From: Octopus sinensis
Lineage: Eukaryota
Direction: 5' to 3'
Length of the DNA stretch: 64,000 nucleotides
Assembly (NCBI RefSeq): GCF_006345805.1
Contig: NC_043026.1
Coordinates: forward strand, 13,123,579-13,187,578
The position numbers and the translations under genes are program-made. Positions 11,826 to 23,880 of the stretch are shown one piece after another. Below the pieces are notes generated by a model. The model saw nothing but the letters and a program-made list of their open reading frames with translations, ran no database searches and was not told the origin of the DNA. Numbering within the stretch: position 1 is the first letter of the stretch; every line of letters begins with the position of its first letter.

Positions 11826-12925
11826 TAAGAACACCTGTGCTTTTTTTTAAAAACACCCCCTGCCTTTATTAGAACACCTGTGTCTTTATTAAGAACACCT
11901 GTGTCTTTATTAAGAACAGATGTGCCTTTATTAAGAACAAACGTGCCTTTATTAAGAACACCTGTGTCCTTCCTTATTAAGAACACCTGTGTCTTTTTAA
12001 GAACACCTGTGTCTTTATTAAGAACAGATGTGCCTTTTTAGAACAAACGTGCCTTTATTAAGAACACTGGTCCTTATTAAGAACACCTGTGTCTTTATTA
12101 AGAACACCTGTGTCCTTATTAAGAACACCTGTGTCTTTATTAAGAACATCTGCATCTTTTAAGAACACCTGTGCCTTTATTAAGAACACACCTGTGTCTT
12201 TATAAAGAACAAATGTACCTTTATTAAGAAACACCTCTGCCATTATTAAGAACACCTGTGTCTTTATTAAGAACACCTGTGTCTTTATTAAGAACAGATG
12301 TGCCTTTATTAGAACAAATGTGCCTATTAAGAACACCCGTGTCCTTATTAAGAACACCTGTGCCTTTATTAAGAACATCTGTGTCTTTATTAAGAACAAA
12401 TGTGCCTTTATTAAGAACACCTGTGTCCTTATTAAGAACACCTGTGTCTTTATTAAGAACACCTGTGTCCTTATTAAGAACACCTGTGTCTTTATTAAGA
12501 ACATCTGCATCTTTATTAAGAACACCTGTGCCTTTATTAAGAACACCTGTGTCTTTATAAAGAACAAATGTACCTTTATTAAGAACACCTCTGCATTTAT
12601 TAAGAACACCTCTGCATTTATTAAGAACACCTGTGTCTTTATTAAGAACACCTGGTGTCTTTATTAAGAACAGATGTGCCTTTATTAGAACAAATGTGCC
12701 TTTATTAAGAACACCCGTGTCCTTATTAAGAACACCTGTGCCTTATTAAGAACACTCTGTGTCTTTATTAAGAACAAATGTGCCTTTATTAAGAACACCT
12801 GTGTCCTTATTAAGAACACCTGTGTCTTTATTAAGAACACCTGTGTCCTTATTAAGAACACCTGTGTCTTTATTAAGAACATCTGCATCTTTATTAAGAA
12901 CACCTCTGCATTTATTAAGAACACC
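11826..12925. repeat. 21-bp minisatellite (TTTATTAAGAACACCTGTGTC)n, about 52 copies
   Basis: Continuous tandem monomers with no spacers. 7-aa period in overlapping pseudo-ORFs. Confidence 0.95.
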
Positions 12926-12980
12926 AGTTATATTCTAAATTTCAAAATAATTCTACACTCTGAAACTTGAACTAACAATT

Positions 12981-13110
12981 AAACAAGTCCAGAAGTTAGG
13001 TTAAATATAGATACAAGCAGAAGTACCATGAATTCCCTTTCTATAAACTGGCAAACAGTTCTGTGAATGCTTCACGGCCAACGCCGGGTATTAAGTCTAG
13101 TATGCAACTA
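12981..13110 (+). mobile_element. Helitron-like 3' end fragment
   Basis: GC hairpin (CCGGC-CAAC-GCCGG in the mirror copy) followed by CTAG|T. Absent from paralogous modules at about 8,730 and 16,070. Confidence 0.55.
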
Positions 13111-13299
13111 AATGCGTACAATATTAATATGGATACTTTCGTAAAACGCTGGATTCGTAAAACATTGTCTGCGAAAGAGAAATTGATTTATTTTTCTTTT
13201 CTCACAGCATTGTATTATTTCAGCAGCATTCCGTAAAGTTCTTTTTTTTCAGTTCTCCTGCTATTTTTTTACTCTCCTGTAAAATCTTCAATGATATTT

Positions 13300-13548
13300 T
13301 AGTTAGTTAGTTAATTTTTTGGCTCAAAAAGAAAAAGCAAGGCATGTAGGGGGACATGGAGTTATGTACAGGGTGGTGCTCATGCAAAGAGTTCAGGCCA
13401 TTTCTGGTCAAGGGAGCCTTTGAACCGAGCGGTCGTCGGCATCTTCACTATCTCGTCCGGCAGCTTATTCCACGGATCCGCAACCCCGGACGGAGAAAAA
13501 GCCCTCTCCTTCGATTCAGATTCAGCATGAAATCATCGCAGATAGAGC
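13300..13548 (-). mobile_element. CR1-clade LINE 3' fragment
   Basis: Minus strand SVRVADPWNKLPDEIVKMPTTARFK..LDQKWPELF plus 3' UTR ending in (TAAC)n. Same family as 49,652-50,150. Confidence 0.8.
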
Positions 13549-13968
13549 TGTTTGTCTGTTATTAACACAAAGTCCCTGAAATGACGACGAAATATAAATG
13601 TATCAGCTTTTATGTTAGTTTTTAAGGTCTTAAAATATTTCAAGCTTGAAGAATGGCTTCTCATGTATTTCCGTTCGACTGCAACGCCATCTTTCGATGA
13701 CGTTTTCAATCTTGTGATTTCCGTATCGTTTTCTTGCAGCTGATTGTTCGGCAATTTCCGTAAGTAATTTCTTTCATTTTCATCATTCATGTCCTGTTCA
13801 ATTCGAGTTTGCTTTGATGTCGGTGAGGGAGGCAAAATGAGATATTGAGGCTAGCAATCACTACACGTATATACTCATACACACACACGATCAAACACAC
13901 GTACACACGTACACACACACACGTGCACTTGTATCACACACTCGTTACGTGTATATGAAATACAATTG

Positions 13969-14126
13969 GTGAGTGGCTGTGTGGTAAGTAGCTTGCTTAC
14001 CAACCACTGGTTCCGGGTTCAGTCCCACTGCGTGGCATCATGGGCAAGTGACTTCTGCTATAACCCCGGGCCGACCAATGCCTTGTGAGTGGATTGGTAG
14101 ACGGAAACTGAAAGAAGCCTGTCGTA

Positions 14127-14172
<46 letters not shown>

Positions 14173-14399
14173 TATATATATGTGTGTGTGTGTGTGTGGT
14201 GTGTGTGTGTGTTTGTGTTGTCCCCTAGCATTGCTTGACAACCGATGCTGGTGTGTTTACGTCCCCGTAACTTAGCGGTTCGGCGAAAGAGACCGATAGA
14301 ATAAGTACTGGACTACAAAGAATAAGTCCCGGGGTCGATTGCTGACTAAAGGCGGTGCTCCAGCATGGCCGCAGTCAAATGACTAAACAAGTAAAGAGT
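13969..14399 (+). mobile_element. tRNA-derived SINE, family A (TGGGCAAGT core, internal (TA)n, GGCGGTGCTCCAGCATGGCC 3' region)
   Basis: A/B-box-like head (TGGCTGTGTGG...GGTTCAGTCCC). At least 8 related copies in the window. Confidence 0.85.
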
Positions 14400-14620
14400 A
14401 TGTGTGTGTGCGTGTGTGCGGTGTGTGTTTGTGTGGTGTGTGTGTGTGTGTGTGCGCGTGTGTGTGTCGTGTGTGCGGTGTGTGTATGTGTGCGTGTGTG
14501 TTTGTGTGTGTGTGTGGTTGTGCTTTGTGTGTGCGTGCGCGTGTGTGTGTGTTTGTGTGTTTGTGTGTGTGTGGTGTGTGCGTGTGTGTGTTTGTTTGTG
14601 TGTTTGTGTGTGTGCGTGTG

Positions 14621-14652
<32 letters not shown>

Positions 14653-14653
14653 C

Positions 14654-14685
<32 letters not shown>

Positions 14686-14864
14686 GTGACCGGAATGTAA
14701 CGGCCGAAAACAAATAATCTCATTACACAAAGAACTAAAGTTTGAACCGAGGAGCTATGATATTTCAGATGTAATAACCTCAAATGAACATGGATCTTCT
14801 GACGGTGACAATTTCTGATTCATGCGCACATCTTGAGTTGAAAGCCAGGGGTCGGATTTCGTTA

Positions 14865-14915
14865 ACGCATGCGCATTGATAGCAATCTGAGAGGACTGAA
14901 AGAATATATAATACA
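14865..14915 (+). promoter_or_regulatory. Putative promoter of pseudo-caspase C (ACGCATGCGCA + TATATAA)
   Basis: Near-identical to motifs upstream of caspases A and B at similar spacing. Confidence 0.5.
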
Positions 14916-14956
14916 CGGAACTAAGTTCAGCTCATCACATTCTTACATTGACTACC

Positions 14957-15676
14957 ATGGACACTGAAAGCGCAAACATTGGGACAAGCGATCAGCCCAA
15001 TTCACCAACTAAGAAAGATCTTAGTAAATGTTTCGCTAAATATGATATGGAAAATAAAACACGTGTAGCTTATATAGTCGACCCTAAGTGTTCAACAAAC
15101 GATGCAGCAGATTTTAGAAGGGCATTAGAACGTATTGGATTTAAATGTGAACCTATTTATAACGATTTTGAAACAATGTGCAAAGATTTGGAAAAGTTTA
15201 AGGAAACTGAACGTAAAAATAAAATTGGTTGCTTTATTTGTGCAGTTATAAACCAAGATCACGAGAAAGCTGGATCTGACGTAATTGCACTAACTTCTAA
15301 GCTGACAGCCGATAAGTGTCAATCTTTAAAAGGAGTTCCTAAATTAATTTTTATTGAAGCAGTTGAAATAGTTGGAAGATTCCACGCAGTGGATGCACCT
15401 GAAACAGGCAATATACTTAAAATCCCAATAACGGCAGATCTGTTGGTTTTTCGTTCGTGGCGGAAAGAATGTCTGCCAATCCACGGCAAACATGAAGCTT
15501 CGCCATTTATGAAAATATTAACCGAAAATTTGAATGAGTATGGCACTAAATATGAAATCCTGAAACTATTAACCATTACTTCTGGTGAATTCCAAAGTTC
15601 GGAGAATTCGAAAAATAATGGCTCTGAAAGAAAGACTCAGATTGCGTCGACATTGCTCAAAGAACTAATGTTTTGA
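14957..15676 (+). CDS. Catalytically dead caspase homologue (pseudo-caspase C), 239 aa, intact ORF
   Basis: N-terminus GTSDQPNSPTKKDLSKCFAKYD matches A/B. GCFICAVINQD replaces SHG and KLIFIEAVE replaces QACRG. DLLVFRS and QIASTLLKELMF retained. No stops or frameshifts; ACTACCATGG start. Confidence 0.82.
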   Translation: MDTESANIGTSDQPNSPTKKDLSKCFAKYDMENKTRVAYIVDPKCSTNDAADFRRALERIGFKCEPIYNDFETMCKDLEKFKETERKNKIGCFICAVINQDHEKAGSDVIALTSKLTADKCQSLKGVPKLIFIEAVEIVGRFHAVDAPETGNILKIPITADLLVFRSWRKECLPIHGKHEASPFMKILTENLNEYGTKYEILKLLTITSGEFQSSENSKNNGSERKTQIASTLLKELMF

Positions 15677-16449
15677 ACCAGCGAACTAAAATATTTCCGG
15701 TGTGGGATCCTTAAATAGAAATGCGCTTCTTATGGTGAGAATTTCTGATGCATCTACATATTATATGAAAAGAATATATTTTAGATATTCATACATCGAA
15801 AACTACAAGAATTTTAAGAATTCATATATCTACAAATAAATGCACAATTTCACGTGCAATACCCACAGCAGAAATTGATAAATCGATAAATACAATATTT
15901 TCAACTAAATGATTGCTAATATGATTACAAACTTGATTTTAGTTTAATATCTTCGAACATTTTAAGATGCTTCACTAAACCTATTTCCTACCATAAATTT
16001 TACTAAGAACACCACGTGACTTATTGGTACATTCTAAATATCAAAATAATTCTACACTCTGAAATTGGACTAACATTCTTTTATATACAACTAATATGAA
16101 CAATATTAATACGTAGACTATTTTATTCACATGCTTTCATATATCGCTGATTCCTAAAGGTTATCCGCCAAACAGAAATTATTTTCTTTCTTTTCTTATT
16201 GCATTATATCTCAGTACAATTGCGTAACGTTTCTTTCTTCCAATAATTCTGATATTTTTTTTTACTCTGGTGGTTAATCTCTCCTTAAAATTTGTCTTTT
16301 ATTAACATATTGTCTCTGAATTGCCAACAACATAATAAAATCTATCAGCTTGTACGTTGTTTGTAATTAATTTAAAACATATTAAGTGTAAATGAATGTT
16401 TCGTCTGTAATTTTGTTTGCCTGGAACGCAATATTTCCATGATGTTTTC

Positions 16450-16730
16450 AATCCTGTCATTTTCCTGTCAATTTCCTGTCATTTTCCTGTCAATTTCCTG
16501 TCATTTTCCTGTCAATTTCCTGTCATTTTCTCGTCAATTTCCTGTCATTTTCCTGTCATTTTCTTGTCATTTTCCTGTCAATTTCCTGTCAATTTCCTGT
16601 CAAATTCCTGTCATTTTCTTGTCATTTTCTTGTCATTTTCCAGTCATTTTCTTGTCAAATTCCTGTCAAATTCCTGTCAATTTTCCTGTCAATTTCTTGT
16701 CATTTTCCTGTCATTTTCCTGTCATTTTCT
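16450..16730. repeat. 11-bp minisatellite (TTTTCCTGTCA / ATTTCCTGTCA), about 25 copies
   Basis: Direct reading. Confidence 0.9.
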
Positions 16731-17699
16731 TGCAGCTGATTGTTCGGCAATTTCCGTAAATAATTTTTAAATAATTTACCATCATTTCATGTCCTGTTGA
16801 AGTCGACATTTCCTTTTGAAGTCGGTGAGGTGGACAAAATGAGACACTGAGGCTAGGAGCGAGTGTAGAAGGAACTCGCATACTCACACGCACGCGCCAA
16901 CACACACACACACACTTACCCACACACACCAACCACACACACACACACGCGCACACACACACACACTTACCCACACACACATATACAATGCATGTATGAA
17001 CGCGTATAAGAAATGTAATTTGTTTAGCTGTGCGTGTGTGTGTGTGTGCGTGTGTGTGTGTGTCGTGTGTGTGTGTGTGTGTGTGTGAGTTGATGTGTGT
17101 GGAAGTAAAGCATTTTCGTGTTTCTCTGTGCGTGCAACATTGTGCTTGCGTGTGAGCGCGTTCTGTTTAACTATTATACACACAAACACACAACATACAT
17201 ACACACACTCACACACACACCAGACACACGACACACACACACACACACAAACTCGCAAACACACACAGACTCAAACACACACGCACACACAGAGACTCAC
17301 CCACACACACACACACGACACACAGACTCACAGACTCACACACACGACACACCACACACACACATACACACACTCACACACACACAGACACATGACACAC
17401 ACACACACACAAACTCGCAAAAACACACAGACTCAAACACACACACACGACACACACACACACACAGACTCACACACACACACGACACACACACACAGAC
17501 TCACACACGACACACACACATACACACACACACACACATACACACACATACACACACACACATACACACACACACATACACACACGCACACACACACATG
17601 CACACATATTACCTCTCATATTCATCTAAATACATTCATACATCTTGCAAGTCTGGGTTTACATTAAGGGGTCAATGGTTGTATGTCGTGTGCTTGTAC

Positions 17700-18940
17700 T
17701 GGTACTGATTTATTTGACCCCAAAAAGACGCGAGGCAAAGACAACCACGAGGGAACTTGAACCCAGAACGCAAAGAGGAAATGATGCCACGTAACCCCCC
17801 CCCCCACATATATAATCTTTCCTACCACAAGCTCACAAGCAGAAGTTTTGTTGGGTGAACAGTCGATTACAACGACCGCGGTGCTCCACTCCACTGGTGG
17901 AATTTGAACCCAGAACGGAAAGACTGATGCAATTCAACTAAGCCACAAATGCACACGCATAATAACCCTTCTACAATAGGCACAAGGCCTGCAATTTTGG
18001 GGTTAGGGGGATGGTCGATTCCACAGAACCCCAGTGCTCCACTGGTATATATTTCTTTTACTACCCACAAGGGGCTAAACACAGAGGGGACAAACAAGGA
18101 CAGACAAAGGATTAAGTCGATTATATCGACCCCAGTGTGTAACTGGTACTTAATTTATCGACCCGAAAGGATGAAAGGCAAAGTCGACCTCGGTGGAATT
18201 TGAACTCAGAACGTTCAAATTCCACCGATTATATTGACCCCAGTGCGTAACAATCAGTAATAAGACGGTGGCGGTGTCTTAATTAGTTTTGCTTCGTTCA
18301 GCTACACACTGTCAGGACAAGCACGAACCGACCATCCAACATCCCAGTCTCCTATACCGCCTATCCACAACTCTCCCTTTTCCTGCCGACCAGCTCACTT
18401 GCTAACCGCAGTGAACACCCCTGCCTACAGTTCGTCTACAATCCTTGCTCAGTGCCTTACACTAATACTTATTTCATCGATCCCGAAAAGGATAAAAGGG
18501 CAAGTTGACTTCGTGGAGTTTGAACCCTGGATACAAAGAAGGATGAAATTATGTGAAGCAACACACACACACGTGCGCCTAATAATCCTCCCACTAAAGG
18601 CAAAACGCTTGAATTTTGCGGGTTGGGCAGTCGATTACGTTGACCCCTAGTGTATGACTGGTACTCATTTCATTGACCAAGGTAGGATGAAAGGCTAAGT
18701 GAGTCTCGGTTGAATTTGAACCTAGTTTCCGTTTCCTATAAGTCGCCAAAAAAAAAAACAGCTTTTACTGCAAACAGATGAAATGCAAGCGAGCAACACA
18801 CATACGAAATAACCTTTTCCACTAAAAGCACAAGGGCTGAAATTTTGACGGGCAGGACTAATTGATTACATCGACCCTAGTACGCAACTGGTACCCACTT
18901 CATTGATTCTTAAGGGATAAAAGGCAATGGTTGATCCGAA
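17700..18940 (-). mobile_element. Cluster of degenerate SINE family B fragments
   Basis: Several diverged copies of GATCGACCCCAGT..CTGGTAC..GGATGAAAGGCAAAGTCGAC..GAATTTGAAC. Best copy at about 18,050-18,212. Confidence 0.7.
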
Positions 18941-18951
18941 TTTTGACGGGC

Positions 18952-19184
18952 GTTTGACTGCGGCCATGCTGGAGCACCCGCCTCTAGTCGAGCAAATCGA
19001 CACCACGACTATTTTTGTAAGCCTAGTACTTATTCTATCGGTCTCTTTCGCCGAACCGCTAAGTTACGGGGACGTAACACACCAGCATCGTTTGTCAAGC
19101 AATGCTAGGGGGACAAACACAGACACAAACACAGACACGCATATATTATATATATTATATATTATAATATATATATATATATAT

Positions 19185-19222
<38 letters not shown>

Positions 19223-19453
19223 ATATATTATATATGTATATATGTAGGTCCCGGGTTGAGTCGGGGTTAACCACAGTAAATAAGGTACTCAATACATAGC
19301 AGAGTAAATTAATTTATTATATAGAAGCTTTGGTGATGGTTATAAGGGCACTGGGGTGTGCTAGGATATGTAGGTCCCGGGTTGAGTCGGGGTTAACCAC
19401 AGTAAATAAGGTACTCAATACATAGCAGAGTAAATTACTTTATTATATAATAA

Positions 19454-19486
<33 letters not shown>

Positions 19487-19509
19487 TATATATATATATA
19501 TATAATATA

Positions 19510-19565
<56 letters not shown>

Positions 19566-19695
19566 CATATATACGACAGGCTTCTTTGAGTTTCCGTCTA
19601 CCAAATCCACTCACAAGGCATTGGTCGGCCCGGGGTTATAGCAGAAGACACTTGCCCATGATGAACCCAGAACCATGTGGTTGGTTAGCCACTCA
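18952..19695 (-). mobile_element. SINE family A (mirror of 13,969-14,378) with extra insertion in its (TA)n tract
   Basis: Reverse complement of the left copy, 3' tail truncated. Contains a 126-bp duplicated insert at 19,243-19,450. Confidence 0.8.
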
Positions 19696-20124
19696 CCATT
19701 ATATTTCATATACACGTAACGAGTGGTGATACAAGTGCACGTGTGTGTGTGTGTGTGTTTGTGTGTGTACATGTGTTTGATCGTGTGTGTGTGTGAGTAT
19801 ATACGTGTAGTGATTGCTAGACTTAATATCTCATTTTGCCTCCCTCACTGACATCAAAGCAAACTCGAATTGAACAGGACATGAAATGATGGAAAATGAA
19901 TAGAAATTACTTACGGAAATTGCCGAACAATCAGCTGCAAGAAAACGATACGGAAATCACAAGATTGAAAACGTCATCGAAAGATGGCGTTGCAGTCGAA
20001 CGGAAATACATGAGAAGCCTTTCTTCAAGCTTGAAATATTTAAGACCATAAAACTAACATAAAAGCTGATACATTTTATTATTTCGTCATCATTTCAGGG
20101 ACTTTGTGTTAATAACAGACAAAC

Positions 20125-20372
20125 AGCTCTATCTGCGACAATTTCATCTGAATCGAAGGAGAGGGGGCTTTCTCCGTCCGGGTTGCGGATCCGTGGAATA
20201 AGCTGCCGGACGAGATAGTGAAGATGCCGACGACCGCTCGGTTCAAAGCCTCCCTTGACCAGAAATGGCCTGAACTCTTTGCATAAACACCACCCTGTAC
20301 ATAACTCCATGTCCCCCTACATGGCCTTGCTTTTTTGCTTTTTGAGCCAAAAAATTAACTAACTAACTAAAA
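20125..20372 (+). mobile_element. CR1 LINE 3' fragment (mirror copy)
   Basis: Reverse complement of 13,300-13,548. Confidence 0.8.
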
Positions 20373-20747
20373 TATCATTGAGAGATTTTCCAGGAGAGTA
20401 AAAAATAGCAGGAGAACTGAAAAAAAAAAGAACTTTACGGAATGCTGCTGACATAATACAATGCTGTGAGAAAAGAAAAATAAATCAATTTCTCTTTCGC
20501 AGACAATGTTTTACGAATCCAGCGTTTTACGAAAGTATCCATATTAATATTGTACGCATTTAGTTGCATACTAGACTTAATACCCGGCGTTGGCCGGTGA
20601 AGCATTCACAGAACTGTTTGCCAGTTTATAGAAAGGGAATTCATGGTACTTCTGCATTGTATATATATTTAACCTAACTTCTGGACTTGTTTAATTGTTA
20701 GTTCAAGTTTCAGAGTGAAGAATTATTTTGAAATTTAGAATATAACT

Positions 20748-21940
20748 GGTGTTCTTAATAAAGGCACAGTTGTTCTTAATAAAGGCACAAGTGTTCTTAA
20801 TAAAGGCACAGGTGTTCTTAATAAAGGCACAGGTGTTCTTAATAAAGGCACAGGTGTTCTTAATAAAGACACAGGTGTTCTTAATAAGGACACAGGTGTT
20901 CTTAATAAAGACACAGGTGTTCTTAATAAAGGCACAAGTGTTCTTAATAAAGGCACAGGTGTTCTTAATAAAGGCACAGGTGTTCTTAATAAAGGCACAG
21001 GTGTTCTTAATAAAGACACAGGTGTTCTTAATAAGGACACAGGTGTTCTTAATAAAGACACAGGTGTTCTTAATAAAGGCACAAGTGTTCTTAATAAAGG
21101 CACAGGTGTTCTTAATAAAGGCACAGGTGTTCTTAATAAAGGCACAGGTGTTCTTAATAAAGACACAGGTGTTCTTAATAAGGACACAGGTGTTCTTAAT
21201 AAAGACACAGGTGTTCTTAATAAGTTCTTAATAAAGGCACATTTGTTCTTAATAAAGGCACATTTGTTCTTAATAAAGACACAGATGTTCTTATAAAGGC
21301 ACAGGGTTTCTTAATAAGGACACGGGTGTTCTTAATAAGACAGATGTTCTTAATAAAGACACAGGTGTTCTTAATAAGGACACAGGTGTTCTTAATAAGA
21401 CACAGGTGTTCTTAATAAGGACCATTGTTCTTAATAAAGGCACATTTGTTCTTAATAAAGGCACATTTGTTCTTAATAAAGACACAGGTGTTCTTAATAA
21501 GGCACAGGTGTTCTTAATAAGGACACAGGTGTTCTTAATAAAGGCACATCTGTTCTTAATAAAGACACAGGTGTTCTTAGTAAAGACACAGGTGTTCTTA
21601 ATAAATGCAGAGGTGTTCTTAATAAAGGCACAGGTGTTCTTAATAAAGGCACATTTGTTCTTTATAAAGACACAGGTGTTCTTAATAAAGGCACAGGTGT
21701 TCTTAATAAAGATGCAGATGATCTTAATAAAGACACGGGTGTTCTTAATAAGGACACAGGTGTTCTTAATAAAGACACAGGTGTTCTTAATAAGGACACA
21801 GGTGTTCTTAATAAAGGCACATTTGTTCTTAATAAAGGCACAGGTGTTCTTAATAAAGACACAGGTGTTCTTAATAAAGGCACAGGTGTTCTAATTAAGG
21901 CAGGGGTGTTTTTAATAAAGGCACAGGTATTCTTAATAAA
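20748..21940. repeat. 21-bp minisatellite, about 57 copies, with 147-bp higher-order repeat
   Basis: Variant AAAGGCACAAGTG recurs at 20,781, 20,928 and 21,075. Confidence 0.95.
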
Positions 21941-22829
21941 ATTCATGCTAGGAAATGGGTTTAGTTAGGCATCTTGCAAAATTAGAGGATATTTATTAAA
22001 CCAATATCAATTTGTAATCATTTTAGCAATTATTTAGCTGAAAATATTACATTTATCTATTTATCAATTTATGCTGTTGGTGTTACCTGTGGAAATAGAT
22101 TTTTCTTCCATACATACAGACATACATACATACATACATACATACATACAAACATACATACATACATACAAACATACATACATACATACAAACATACATA
22201 CATACACACATACATACATACATACATACATGCATGCATACACACACACATACATACACACATACATGTATGTTCGTGTGTTTGTCTGTCTGTCTGTCTG
22301 TCTTCCGGCTAAGTGTGAGTGTACGCGCGAGTATTTGCGAAATAAAACAAAAACAGATTTCCTACGAAAGCAAAAACTGAAATTCTATATCGAAATAAAT
22401 TCTCTCTTAAATTATTTTAATTTTAATTCATTGTATTAACCCATCAAAGTACTTCAAGTGGCCTGAATAAAGCGATGCCTTTGGAGATTATATAGTAAAC
22501 TGGTGCACTTCTCTGTAAATATATGGGCCCCAGAACACACACGTTCATTATGAAAGCCACAATTTGCTCTACCATTCTGTCCGGAACTTGTTGCATGTCC
22601 TCTATCGTCTGAGTGTTCTCCTGTAAATCGATCCCCTGGAAAACACTGAGGAAACACTTCGAACTGACATCATCCATTGGGTCTATGACATTACAGGATG
22701 TGTTTGGGACCACTTCAGCTTTGTAATCGCAACGCATTTCGGATTCCAAGGACAAATCAATTTCAATGTAAAATGACGGTCAAGTGTATGTTAAACTGCT
22801 CTCGTATATAAGGGTGTTGTGAATGAATG

Positions 22830-23880
22830 TCTGTGTGTGTGTGTATGTGTGTGTGAGTGTGTGTATGTCTGTGTGTGTGTGCGTGAGTGTGTATGCCTGT
22901 GTGTGTATATATGAGTGTGTGCGTGTAGTGTGTGTGCGTGTGGTGTGTGTGTTTGTGTGTGCGTGAGTGTGTGTGCCTTTGTGTGTATGTATGAGTGTGT
23001 GCGTGTGGTGTTTGTGTTTGTGTGTGTGCGTGAGTGTGTATGCCTGTGTGTGTATATATGAGTGTGTGCGTGTGGTGTGTGTGTGTTTGTGTGTGTGCGT
23101 GAGTGTGTATGCCTGTGTGTGTATATATGAGTGTGTGCGTGTGGTGTGTGTGCGTGTGGTGTGTGTTTGTGTGTGTGCGTGTGGTGTGTATGTATGAGTG
23201 TGTGCGTGTGGTGTGTGTATTTGTGTGTGTGCGTGAGTGTGTATGTATGAGTGTGTGCGTGTGGTGTGTGTATTTGTGTGTGTGCGTGAGTGTGTATGTA
23301 TGAGTGTGTGCGTGTGGTGTGTGTATTTGTGTGTGTGCCTGTGTGTGTATGTATGAGTGTGTGCGTGTGGTGTGTGTATTTGTGTGTGTGCGTGAGTGTG
23401 TATGTATGAGTGTGTGCGTGTGGTGTGTGTATTTGTGTGTGTGCCTGTGTGTGTATGTATGAGTGTGTGCGTGTGGTGTGTGTATTTGTGTGTGTGCGTG
23501 AGTGTGTATGTATGAGTGTGTGCGTGTGGTGTGTGTGTTTGTGTGTGCGTGAGTGTGTATGCCTTTGTGTGTATGTATGAGTGTGTGCGTGTGGTGTGTG
23601 TGTTTGTGTGTGCGTGAGTGTGTATTCCTGTGTGTGTATATATGAGTGTGTGCGTGTGGTGTGTGTGTGTGAGTGTGTATGCCTGTGTGTGTATGTATGA
23701 GTGTGTGCGTGTGTGTGTATATATGAGTGTGTGCGTGAATGTGTATGCCTGTGTGTGTATATATAAGTGTGTGCGTGTTGTATATATGAGTGTGTGCATG
23801 TGGTGTGTGTGTTTGTGTTTGTGCGTGAGTGTGTATGCCTGTGTGTGTATTGTGGAGTGTGTGCGTGTGGCGTGTGTGTT
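22830..23880. repeat. GT-derived minisatellite (mirror position of 9,850-10,820, different unit mix)
   Basis: Units GTGTGTGCGTGAGTGTGTATG... with variable internal motifs. Confidence 0.85.

Larger units (their letters stand above)
1..14378. repeat. Left arm of large inverted duplication (may extend beyond window start)
   Basis: Reverse complement is collinear with 18,952-34,331. Examples: 1-135 vs 34,197-34,331; 1,500-1,800 vs 31,990-32,290; RTE 4.7-6.0 kb vs 27.7-29.1 kb; mirrored ORFs 8287-8541(+) and 25200-25454(-) give identical peptides. Confidence 0.92.

Noticed and set aside
11826-12925. 21-bp array as CRISPR or as repetitive protein (FLIKTQV / LLRTPVS ORFs)
   Set aside because: Monomers are contiguous with no unique spacers, no cas genes, eukaryotic context, and frames broken by indels.
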